From a virus, in IMG/VR virus record IMGVR_UViG_3300046616_000314, positions 286,616 to 350,615 of that record: 64,000 nt of DNA; one strand, written 5' to 3'. The notes beneath the pieces are model-generated. The model ran no database searches. It had not been told where the DNA came from and saw only the letters and a program-made list of their open reading frames with translations. Positions 9,017 through 17,533 of the stretch are shown one piece after another. Position 1 is the stretch's first letter. Every line of letters starts with the position of its first letter. The translations under genes and the position numbers were made by a program.

Positions 9017-9340
9017 ATGTCTGATCTGATTCAAGCCAGAACAAAATATAAAAAATTAAAAGATTCCCTGGATAAGGCTCAAAAGAAAGTCACCAAAGCC
9101 CACGGCAAAGCCGAAGAGGCAGGGTGGGACGATCAGAGCCTAGCGCGTTTCGAGCACGCTCTTGAGGCTGTTCAAACTCTTGACGAAGAGATCGCAATCG
9201 CAGAAGCCGATCTGCGACAAGGCGTGACCGAAGCCTTGGAAGAAATCAAACGCTTGGAACAAAAAGCCAAAGAACTTCGAAGCGAAGCCTATCAATTAGA
9301 GGCTAAGCGAGATCGGGTTTATGCGAGCATTTGGCACTAA
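9017..9340 (+). CDS. coiled-coil hypothetical protein
   Basis: 107 aa, K/E/A-rich with heptad-like repeats. Confidence 0.45.
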   Translation: MSDLIQARTKYKKLKDSLDKAQKKVTKAHGKAEEAGWDDQSLARFEHALEAVQTLDEEIAIAEADLRQGVTEALEEIKRLEQKAKELRSEAYQLEAKRDRVYASIWH

Positions 9341-9353
9341 ACACTTAGTGCTT

Positions 9354-9382
9354 GACAATACTTAGGAAGGTGTTAGATTACG
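9354..9382 (+). promoter_or_regulatory. sigma70-like promoter candidate sharing TTAGTGCTTGACA with the 35597 site
   Basis: cacTTAGTGCTTGACAat then TAGATT 16 nt later; the same 13-mer appears at 35591-35603. Confidence 0.3.
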
Positions 9383-9390
9383 TATATTGA

Positions 9391-10578
9391 TTGACGCAAT
9401 TCGGAGACATCTTCATGGACACCCGCACGAAGTTCCTGATTCCTGAAGCGAACTATCCCAAGTTCGAAGCTCAGATCGCGAAGCTGTCGCGCAAGTCGAT
9501 GAAGCTGATCGGCGAAGAAATCATGCCGGTCGTCTTCGGCTACGAATACAAGCCCTTTTCGGAAGGCAGCAAGGAAACCTATAAGGTTTTCAACGTTCTG
9601 CTGACCGCCTCGACTCCGGTGCTGGACGGTTGGGAATTCGTCGCCCGCCTGGACCACACCAACGAAACCGGTACCATCGTCCGTACCGTGCCGACTTATC
9701 ACGGCGAAATCCCGACCAAGTATCGTGAATCGGTGGTCAAGTGCGATCACTGCAACGTGCAACGCTATCGCCGCGACACGTTCGTTCTGCGCAACGAACA
9801 AGGCGAATTTCAACAAGTCGGCTCGACTTGCCTGAAGGATTTCTTCGGTCACGACCCCTACAAGATCGCCAAGCTGGCTGAACTGCTGGGCTATGTGAAC
9901 GAATGCGCTCGCGCCGCTCAAGAGTGGGGTGAATTCACCCCCGCGAACCGTCGCTGGGTTGAACTGGTCCCGTTCCTGGCTTGCGCCGCTCAAGAAGTTC
10001 GCAAGAACGGTTGGGTTTCGCGCACGGTCGCCAAGGAAAAGGACATCAACGCTACGGCTGATTACGCCATCACCGACTATCTGGGCGGTGGTCGCTATCC
10101 TGAACAAGTCCCCACTCAAGCCGATTTCGATCTGGCTGAACAAGCTCTGGAATGGGCTCAATCGCTGTCGGCGAAGGAATACCTGAACGACTACGAAAAC
10201 AACCTGCTGGTGATCGCCAATGCCGAATGGATCGAATTCCGTTCGTGCGGTCTGGCGGCTTCCATCGTCGGTGTGTTCTTCATGAACCAAGAGCGCGCCA
10301 AGAAGGCGGCTGCTGGTCCGAGCAAGCACGTCGGCACGCTGGGCGAGCGCGTCACGGTTGAAGCCGTGGTGACGGGCAATTCGAGCCGCGAAAACAACTT
10401 CGGCGGGATCACCTACAACTATCGTTTCCTCTCGGGTGATGACGTGGTTGTCTGGTTCGCTTCGGTAAACTCCAACCTGTCGATTGGTGACAAGGTGAAG
10501 CTGACGGGCACTGTCAAGAAGCTCGACAACTTCAACGGCAAGAACCAAACCATCCTGACCCGTTGTAAGGTGGCGTAA
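9391..10578 (+). CDS. hypothetical protein
   Basis: 395 aa ORF with diverse composition; the overlapping minus-strand 391 aa ORF looks like an antisense artefact (R/V/L-rich). Confidence 0.55.
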   Translation: MTQFGDIFMDTRTKFLIPEANYPKFEAQIAKLSRKSMKLIGEEIMPVVFGYEYKPFSEGSKETYKVFNVLLTASTPVLDGWEFVARLDHTNETGTIVRTVPTYHGEIPTKYRESVVKCDHCNVQRYRRDTFVLRNEQGEFQQVGSTCLKDFFGHDPYKIAKLAELLGYVNECARAAQEWGEFTPANRRWVELVPFLACAAQEVRKNGWVSRTVAKEKDINATADYAITDYLGGGRYPEQVPTQADFDLAEQALEWAQSLSAKEYLNDYENNLLVIANAEWIEFRSCGLAASIVGVFFMNQERAKKAAAGPSKHVGTLGERVTVEAVVTGNSSRENNFGGITYNYRFLSGDDVVVWFASVNSNLSIGDKVKLTGTVKKLDNFNGKNQTILTRCKVA

Positions 10579-10988
10579 TGGATGTTGCCACCCTCAATCT
10601 TCTTGCCGATATGGTGGTTGCATCCTGTCGGGATAAGATTTTGACTTTTGATGTAACCGATAAGTCATTTGGTACATCATCGCTGCATACGACACACGAA
10701 TTCGTCGGAGCCGGAATCACTCTTGATGTTGTTTTGGAACGCAAGAGTGGTGCCCGCTATATCACGTTCACGGGCGAAGGCTGGAAAGTAAAAGTCTACG
10801 CCATGGACGCCATTTCCCGTGTTCGGTACAATACCGACGAAGCGTTGATCAATCGTAATTTCATATATTACAACGAAAATGAATATCTGACTTTTCGCAA
10901 GGCGGAAGTCCTCGGCGGCGATCCTAGCGAAGCCCTAACGACGCTTTTGCTGTTCAAACATAAATGGTTTGTGCAAGATGGATACTAA
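10578..10988 (+). CDS. small protein of the C-terminal F[KR]LKW motif family
   Basis: Ends ...PSEALTTLLLFKHKWFVQDGY. Confidence 0.5.
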   Translation: MDVATLNLLADMVVASCRDKILTFDVTDKSFGTSSLHTTHEFVGAGITLDVVLERKSGARYITFTGEGWKVKVYAMDAISRVRYNTDEALINRNFIYYNENEYLTFRKAEVLGGDPSEALTTLLLFKHKWFVQDGY

Positions 10989-11421
10989 CACGATAGAGCT
11001 TCTTCTTGATCTGGCATTGTATCTTCGTCAACGTCGCGATGATCACCGAGACACGCCCGAAGATTGGGAGCGTGCCCGTGGGCGCGTCCCTAAGATGCCA
11101 TCGTTCGTGGTCCCTGGAACCGAGATCAAAATCAATTACAAAGAACAGCCGCGCAAACATCGGGCACAAACTCCCGATATTATTCTCACATGCGGTAATC
11201 GTTGGTCCGTTCATTTTCAGCCCGTTCTTCTGACGGAAATTACTTCAAAGAACGCGGAGGGAGTTGTTTCGCGTAAGGCTGTCGTTCCGGGTGATGTCGT
11301 CGGAAGATGGACCCGGCATCTTTTCGCCGCACGCCCCGCAACTCGTGGCTGGGAAGCCCTACAAGAAGATTTGGTATACCTAGCGTTGTTCAAGAATCGG
11401 TGGGTGTTGCCCACGGAATAA
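10969..11421 (+). CDS. small protein of the C-terminal F[KR]LKW motif family
   Basis: Ends ...LQEDLVYLALFKNRWVLPTE. Confidence 0.5.
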   Translation: MCKMDTNTIELLLDLALYLRQRRDDHRDTPEDWERARGRVPKMPSFVVPGTEIKINYKEQPRKHRAQTPDIILTCGNRWSVHFQPVLLTEITSKNAEGVVSRKAVVPGDVVGRWTRHLFAARPATRGWEALQEDLVYLALFKNRWVLPTE

Positions 11422-11876
11422 ATTCCTGTTATATTACAATAGAATATGAGCATTGGATTGAGTGCGTGGAATTAGACAAGCTTGAGTTGCATGGGTCGAA
11501 CAAGCAAGAAATTCTTGCCTTGTTCAACGCCGTCTCGAATGAAGATAGCGATTGGCTTGTGACCAAGACCTATGCCCGAACGGTGCGTGACATCAGCGGA
11601 ACCAAGATTTACGTTCGGTGTAATTTCAACGCTCAGAACAAAGTGACAGAAGTTTCAATCGGTGGTGAGAATGGTTGGATGATGCGTTTCCAACTTCGTC
11701 TTCGTCCCACAGGTATGACCAAGGATTACATTAGAGCAAGTCTATGGTTGTGCGACGGCGAAGAGACGGGATTGGCGACTTATATTCTCTATGATCCGCT
11801 CTTGATGAGTCCCGGTGTGTTTCAAGAGGATATGGTAACGCTTCGGCTGTTCGCTACAAAATGGATGCCGCAATGA
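11307..11876 (+). CDS. small protein of the C-terminal F[KR]LKW motif family (start uncertain; possibly GTG at 11466)
   Basis: Ends ...FQEDMVTLRLFATKWMPQ; the annotated ATG overlaps the upstream gene by 115 nt. Confidence 0.4.
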   Translation: MDPASFRRTPRNSWLGSPTRRFGIPSVVQESVGVAHGINSCYITIEYEHWIECVELDKLELHGSNKQEILALFNAVSNEDSDWLVTKTYARTVRDISGTKIYVRCNFNAQNKVTEVSIGGENGWMMRFQLRLRPTGMTKDYIRASLWLCDGEETGLATYILYDPLLMSPGVFQEDMVTLRLFATKWMPQ

Positions 11877-11933
11877 ACCAGACGCAGAAAGGCGCGTTTT
11901 AGCCCTCGGGTTTATGAGACCAATGGGAAAAGT

Positions 11934-12302
11934 ATGATGGTGAATAACGTACCGATGTCGTTCGTGACGCGGGTTTGTGAGGCAGTCTATTCCAAGACAA
12001 AGCCCGGCGTGACGACGATTGTGATCGGCGCCGTTTCTCTCAAATTATTCATCAAACAATATGGCACGACTTACGAGCGTTTCATGTTGATTGGTGATGA
12101 TTGGTCGCTGGGCTTCAACGCTTTCGTAAAAGGTTCCGATACCGAGAACTTGGAAGCAGTCGCGGACCCGACTGAATATCGTATTTTCTTGACGAACATG
12201 CGTATCTTTGATGTCGCGGTTCATGATGATGAAAATTTCATTCGAGACATGGCGGTTCTACGTATGACCGAACATGAATGGGCGAAAGAATTCGCTTCGT
12301 AA
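11934..12302 (+). CDS. hypothetical protein (divergent member of the same family?)
   Basis: Ends ...DDENFIRDMAVLRMTEHEWAKEFAS. Confidence 0.4.
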   Translation: MMVNNVPMSFVTRVCEAVYSKTKPGVTTIVIGAVSLKLFIKQYGTTYERFMLIGDDWSLGFNAFVKGSDTENLEAVADPTEYRIFLTNMRIFDVAVHDDENFIRDMAVLRMTEHEWAKEFAS

Positions 12303-12323
12303 TTCTACGCGCCTAAATAATGG

Positions 12324-14252
12324 ATGCGTTATCGTGACATTATCAAGGAAAATGGTGGACTCGTTGTCCCTGGTGTGAACACCACTCCTGACGTTCAGCC
12401 AGGAGAGATCGCGCGCCAAGCCGCCAAGCTTGGTTTCAAAGTTGACGCCAACGGATTGCCGCCCATCTGGACGGGTCACGATGCCTCTACGGGCGCCAAG
12501 GACACCCCTAACAAGGGCGAAGCGTTCTATAAGAAGAATGGTGCCCGCCCCAACAAAAAAGCCCCTAAGCTCAAGAAAAACGTGTCCGAAAGCGTACTCG
12601 TTGAGAGCTTGCGCGGTTGGTTTTGGAATGCAAACACTGGGGAAACTTTAGACATCCCCGGAACCCAAATGATGCACGTTGAGTACATCAAGGGTTATCC
12701 AGAAAATTTTGGCTTGTCGATTGCAGACGTTAAAGACGTAAATCTACGTAACTCGATTGAAGCTGGCAAATTACTACACATGGTATTGGCGATGGGCTGG
12801 ATTCGTTGCGCGAATTCCTTCTCCGGTCACACCGCATTTTTGAACGCAGCTTCGAAGCGTTACGCCAATATGGCAATCAAACATTTTGCTAAGATGTTTA
12901 CCGAGCTAGTGGTTGAGATCACCGAGAACGGTGAAGCCCCTGGTGGAGGCGTTAGCTTCCGATTGAAAGACCCCATGGCGGTGCGTCAATTCCTTCGTAC
13001 GGGTGTAACCGGTGAAGAATGGATTGACGATCAGCTTTCCGCTCTAACCGAAGCTCGCCGGAATCCTGAACAGAATAGAGGCGAACGAAATCAAGGCTTC
13101 GGAGCCGCCCTAAAGAACTATATCGGACCCGATAGCTTCATCAGCTTTACAATGATTGACAAGGTTGGCGCCAACCCGCGCACGCAATTTTCTACGCCCA
13201 TAGGCATCTATACCTATCCGCTTGACGAAGAAACTTGGCAAGACGTGATGGATGACGATATTCCGTTCGCTGGGGATTTGAAATACATCAACATTATCAA
13301 GTCCAGAGCTTCGAAAGTCATGGACAGCGCGAATTACGCACAAGGCGATATGGTCAGCAATGAAATCAAATTGCGCGAATGCTTACTAGACTATTGGATG
13401 GAAGACCCGGATGGCATCTATCAATTCTTGAAGGATGCTCAGACTTCGGCATTCCGAAAGAAGAATTCTCCTTTCATGGCGATGACATGGAATCAAACAC
13501 GCTGGGTAGCCATGGCAATTAGCACGGCTCGTAAGAACAAAACTCTTGACCCGGAAAAACGTTTGACACTCGTTGACGTTGCGAATCATGTAGCTAAAGA
13601 ATATGACGACAACTGGAACAGTAATCCGCAGTTGTGGAATCACGTTCTATCCAATGTTCTCGGATACGATATGATCTTGGATCGAGGCGCGGGTATCATT
13701 CACAGTAATGAACCTAAGCAAGCACTGTTCTTGAAGCTCTCTGCTTTACAGTTGATGGAGCGCAAGATCAATCCAAACTGGAATGAAGATGCAAAGACGG
13801 AAAAGAAAATCACTATGGGTTATTTGCCCTTACTGATCGGAACAGAGCGTCTTCCAATCAATAAGATTTTCTGGGGGATCAATACTGCCATCGCCAATAA
13901 GCGTGCTTATGACAATGATCAGGATATGCATAACGCCTTGGGCGGCAAGTACATAGTAACAATAAAAGACGATTTCAATAGTGATTTCAAAGTCTTTGTA
14001 ACTAATCTTCTAAATCATGTTGATGTCTCTAAGCTGAACGTAGGGCAAGCCAAAAGTTTGAATATTGGAATATATGAAATGTTCAAACATGCTGACGCAA
14101 TCCGATCATTACCTCATGATATGGTTGTCGGTCTATGTGTGATGCTTAAGAAAGCAACTACTATACACCACGGACAACGAATCGCGCTTCCTGAATACAT
14201 TCGTGGTTTCATAACGCCCGAAGAAGTCGAGAATATCAATGCTAATTACTGA
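12324..14252 (+). CDS. large hypothetical protein, paralog A of a tandem pair
   Basis: 642 aa. Residues ~260-470 align with the next ORF: SFTMIDKVGANPRTQFSTPIGIYTYP / IPFAGDLKYINIIKSRAS / WNQTRW / WNHVLSNVLGYDMILDRGAGIIHSNEPKQALFL. Confidence 0.6.
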   Translation: MRYRDIIKENGGLVVPGVNTTPDVQPGEIARQAAKLGFKVDANGLPPIWTGHDASTGAKDTPNKGEAFYKKNGARPNKKAPKLKKNVSESVLVESLRGWFWNANTGETLDIPGTQMMHVEYIKGYPENFGLSIADVKDVNLRNSIEAGKLLHMVLAMGWIRCANSFSGHTAFLNAASKRYANMAIKHFAKMFTELVVEITENGEAPGGGVSFRLKDPMAVRQFLRTGVTGEEWIDDQLSALTEARRNPEQNRGERNQGFGAALKNYIGPDSFISFTMIDKVGANPRTQFSTPIGIYTYPLDEETWQDVMDDDIPFAGDLKYINIIKSRASKVMDSANYAQGDMVSNEIKLRECLLDYWMEDPDGIYQFLKDAQTSAFRKKNSPFMAMTWNQTRWVAMAISTARKNKTLDPEKRLTLVDVANHVAKEYDDNWNSNPQLWNHVLSNVLGYDMILDRGAGIIHSNEPKQALFLKLSALQLMERKINPNWNEDAKTEKKITMGYLPLLIGTERLPINKIFWGINTAIANKRAYDNDQDMHNALGGKYIVTIKDDFNSDFKVFVTNLLNHVDVSKLNVGQAKSLNIGIYEMFKHADAIRSLPHDMVVGLCVMLKKATTIHHGQRIALPEYIRGFITPEEVENINANY

Positions 14253-15441
14253 ATTGTTTGAAGCACGTTCTAACCCAACGCAGAACAAAGACAACCGAGC
14301 TTCGGATGTTTCTGAATATTTGCGCGGTCTAGACTACGAAACTGGCGAACTGTTTATGAGTTTTACTCAAATCGATAAAGTTGGCATGAACCCGCAATCG
14401 ACTTACAACACGCCACTAGGTGTGTATTGCTATCCGATCAATCGCCACACTATCGAAGATTACGACAACAACAGTCTTCCATTTGCGGGCGATGCCAAGT
14501 TCGTGAACATTATCAAGTCACGCGGTAGTCAACTGAATGTTCAGGACTATGGCGATGATGATCTAGCCGACGACTCCAAGCGGTTGACCAGATATCTACT
14601 TAAGATTTTTCCCGAAAATGAAAATGAGATTGATCAAATTCATGCGCTAGCCGTACAGGATGCCAAGAATGGTACTCATGGCAAGAAAACGGCGGCTTCT
14701 TATATCTGGAATTACACTCGCTGGGCAGCTTACTTGCTGGACATCAAAGACCCGAAGGCAATCATTCGTAAGATGTCGGGATTTGATTCTACCACACCAA
14801 GCAAGACAGCCGCGACTTGGAATGCCGTCCTGCGTAAGGTGCTAGGATATGATTCGGTAGTCGATAACGGCTGGGGCATCATTCACGAAAACGAACCGAC
14901 ACAGGCGGTGTTCTTGGATGTTCGTGGTTTCCAGTTAGTATCGCGCCGCGTGAACACCAATTGGTCAGGTCGCCTCCTGAAGAAAATTAATCTGAGTACA
15001 GTTCCGTGGTTGTGGAAGAATAACAATATCGCTTTCCGTTCCATCCTCGCGGCTTTGGAAATTTTTATTACTAAGGCGCCCGTAGTGCTCAATCGCAAAT
15101 ATGAAGTGAACCGAGACAAACTTCGACAGGAAGTTCCAGGGTATTTTGCGGCATTGCGATCAGTGATAAGATACACGCATGTCACTATGCAGGAAGCTAG
15201 TTATATCGCTCATGGTATCATGAGTCATATCCGCAATGGTGGTATCTTGGAACATCTGAACCAAGACGAACGATTGGAACTGTTGGAGTGGTGGCTACCA
15301 TTTTTCCAAAAAGGCTTTTCTACCCAAACCGATTTGGCTAGCAATGAAACGTTCAAGAGAGATTACATGAACGTATTTGTTCACGTCCTAGACGACGCAC
15401 ATTATGCTAAATTTGAGGAATTTGTGGCTAATTATGGATAA
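14239..15441 (+). CDS. hypothetical protein, paralog B of the tandem pair
   Basis: 400 aa with SFTQIDKVGMNPQSTYNTPLGVYCYP / LPFAGDAKFVNIIKSRGS / WNYTRW / WNAVLRKVLGYDSVVDNGWGIIHENEPTQAVFL. Confidence 0.6.
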   Translation: MLITELFEARSNPTQNKDNRASDVSEYLRGLDYETGELFMSFTQIDKVGMNPQSTYNTPLGVYCYPINRHTIEDYDNNSLPFAGDAKFVNIIKSRGSQLNVQDYGDDDLADDSKRLTRYLLKIFPENENEIDQIHALAVQDAKNGTHGKKTAASYIWNYTRWAAYLLDIKDPKAIIRKMSGFDSTTPSKTAATWNAVLRKVLGYDSVVDNGWGIIHENEPTQAVFLDVRGFQLVSRRVNTNWSGRLLKKINLSTVPWLWKNNNIAFRSILAALEIFITKAPVVLNRKYEVNRDKLRQEVPGYFAALRSVIRYTHVTMQEASYIAHGIMSHIRNGGILEHLNQDERLELLEWWLPFFQKGFSTQTDLASNETFKRDYMNVFVHVLDDAHYAKFEEFVANYG

Positions 15442-16705
15442 TACATTTGCAGTAATGTCGGCTGATGAATTTAGAGAATTTATCAACCGCACGCGCGAGA
15501 TCAATTCAGACCTAGCACCGGGGCATGACAATTTCCACACGGATCGAATCAAGTACGTCTATCCTTTGGATAAGAATGAGCATTTGGTTGTGCTCAACGG
15601 TGATCACATTATTGCTATGGCAGGCGTTGAAACCAATCCGTATGACCATGAACAGCTTTGGATTAAGTATGTAAGCGTTGACCCAGAATATCGCGGTCAA
15701 GGTCTAGGGCGTTTCCTTCTAGAAAAGGTTTTCCAATACGCGGTCGCCCATGGTCAGAAGGTCAAGAATAGCAGCTTCACCGAACTAGGCGCCGAACGTC
15801 TCAAGCATCTGCACCCGGAATTCGAGAAGAAATATCCACAAGCTGCATTCGCCCGAAACGAACAGGGTAAGTACGTAAACTCTCGCGGTCAGGTCATGGA
15901 AGAATGCAACTTCACGCTTGAGCGCGAAGCGGCGAGCCATCTACCTACGGAATGGCTGAACGAAGCATCGACCGAAACCCCGGATGCCCCAACGGTCGAT
16001 ACGACCAAGGATGGTCAGACGATCACCTTTGAGCGTTTCAAGGATATCGAAGGCAATAAGAATCGCGGCTGGCGCGTAGACAAAATCGAAGCCAAGATCG
16101 GTAACGAGTTAGTGGGCTACATTAAGATTTCGTATATTCCGAAGACTCGCTTCAGACAATATTACAAGAGTGTCTTCAATTTTGCTCATCAGATGCTAGG
16201 TCAGACTGTCTTTCCATTCGGAAAAGAAACTGCCTCACTAGAAAGCTTGAATAACAAAGAATTGTTTGACGCACTCTACCGTGTATACAGAGAAAAGAGT
16301 TACAGTTTAGCCGAGCAACTAGACCCTAAGATGCCACGCAAGCAAGTTATGCTTTTGCTTAAGAAGCAAGAGTTGGCGTGGATGAACGATGAAACTAACG
16401 AACCGTATGGTGAGAAATTCAAGAAGTTCTATCGCTACCACGTTGATAAGCCGATGGTCGATGCGATTCGCGTCGAAGATGGTAGCGGATCATTGGGTAC
16501 CGCCGGTAAGCCGTCACATTTGCGTAGAGGAATCGGGCGCAAGCTCTATGCCGCCGCGTCAGAATGGATGCAAGAACGCGGTCTACGACTACACGCATCG
16601 GGTTGCCAGACGAACGATGCCAAGGCGTGCTGGACAAAGTTTGATTCTGAAGGCGGCGTTAAGAGCGATGCCGATGGACGCCGTTATATCGATTTCATGA
16701 AATAA
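15434..16705 (+). CDS. double GNAT-like N-acetyltransferase domain protein
   Basis: N-terminal IKYVSVDPEYRGQGLGRFLLE (GNAT motif A, Q/RxxGxG/A). A second C-terminal copy: LRRGIGRKLYAAASEWMQERG. Start taken at ATG 15434 (8 nt overlap); the alternative is 15404. Confidence 0.5.
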   Translation: MDNTFAVMSADEFREFINRTREINSDLAPGHDNFHTDRIKYVYPLDKNEHLVVLNGDHIIAMAGVETNPYDHEQLWIKYVSVDPEYRGQGLGRFLLEKVFQYAVAHGQKVKNSSFTELGAERLKHLHPEFEKKYPQAAFARNEQGKYVNSRGQVMEECNFTLEREAASHLPTEWLNEASTETPDAPTVDTTKDGQTITFERFKDIEGNKNRGWRVDKIEAKIGNELVGYIKISYIPKTRFRQYYKSVFNFAHQMLGQTVFPFGKETASLESLNNKELFDALYRVYREKSYSLAEQLDPKMPRKQVMLLLKKQELAWMNDETNEPYGEKFKKFYRYHVDKPMVDAIRVEDGSGSLGTAGKPSHLRRGIGRKLYAAASEWMQERGLRLHASGCQTNDAKACWTKFDSEGGVKSDADGRRYIDFMK

Positions 16706-16888
16706 CGGAACCAAACCGCTATTCGAGTATTTTGGTACTGAACCGTGCGGAGGTACCAATGTTCTTCAAATCTAAAAAGATCATCAAAGTAGAAAAGCAG
16801 CCGAGCATCAATCGCTATCTCATCGATCAAATGATGAAAGCGAACCCGGCTGCTTCATATGTCGTAGACATCGGCACTAAGGGCAAGT

Positions 16889-17167
16889 TTACTCAGTCTT
16901 GATGAACTTGCTCTGGTGTTGCGCCATGTCCTCTGGGGACTCGTAACCGAGCAATTGCCACTCGGGAATCGGGAGAACCAGAGGCAGGACGAAGTAGCGC
17001 ATATGCGCGTTGTCCACCGTTTGTTGAGCCTTGGCTTTCCACGCGGCGCGAGCTTGAGCCGGATCGCTGAAGACACCAACCACGTCAAGGTTGTCTGGGT
17101 CCTTGAAGATCGTGCCTTGAACGTGAACCAGTTCACCGCCGATTACCAGTAGAAGTTTCTGTTCCAT
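16889..17167 (-). CDS. small conserved protein, DUF4170-like (alphaproteobacterial family, recalled from memory)
   Basis: LLLVIGGELVHVQGTIFKDPDNLDVVGVFSDPAQARAAWKAKAQQTVDNAHMRYFV resembles small alphaproteobacterial proteins of the form ...LVFGG.L.D....F.DL..L..VGV...Y..A..AWRAKAQ.TVD.A.M.Y. Confidence 0.35.
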   Translation of the reverse strand: MEQKLLLVIGGELVHVQGTIFKDPDNLDVVGVFSDPAQARAAWKAKAQQTVDNAHMRYFVLPLVLPIPEWQLLGYESPEDMAQHQSKFIKTE

Positions 17168-17174
17168 CTTACCC

Positions 17175-17528
17175 TCACAAATTGATTTTTAGCATCATCA
17201 TGTCGGCGTCAAACATTTCCTTGTCGCCGTTCCATGCGAAACAATCGCAGCTTTTGTCAGTGATATTATGCTGACTCGAAAAGCTGTAAAATTCAGCAAC
17301 CCATTCATCCGCTTCAATTATGAAATGGGTAGATGAATTGGTCTTGAGTTGCCCGTAGTCTTCCGCCGGTTGGAAAAAGATTTTTACCGTGAAGTTCTTG
17401 CCAGAAAAATCCACGTGCCGCATGGCGCCGCATTTTTCCTTACCATTCCCGAAGAAGAAAGAATCCAACTCGGGTAGAACGAAGCGCATCAAGAGACGCT
17501 TATATTCCGGCTCAATGATGCGCTTCAT
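17175..17528 (-). CDS. hypothetical protein (last gene of the NAD operon)
   Basis: 117 aa ORF lying 6 nt downstream of nadE on the same strand. Confidence 0.45.
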   Translation of the reverse strand: MKRIIEPEYKRLLMRFVLPELDSFFFGNGKEKCGAMRHVDFSGKNFTVKIFFQPAEDYGQLKTNSSTHFIIEADEWVAEFYSFSSQHNITDKSCDCFAWNGDKEMFDADMMMLKINL

Positions 17529-17533
17529 CGTTC

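Noticed and set aside
9373-10548. 391 aa minus-strand ORF fully overlapping the 9391-10578 plus-strand gene
   Set aside because: The translation is R/V/L/G-rich with low complexity, typical of the antisense frame of a codon-biased gene. The plus-strand product has normal composition and abuts the neighbouring genes cleanly.
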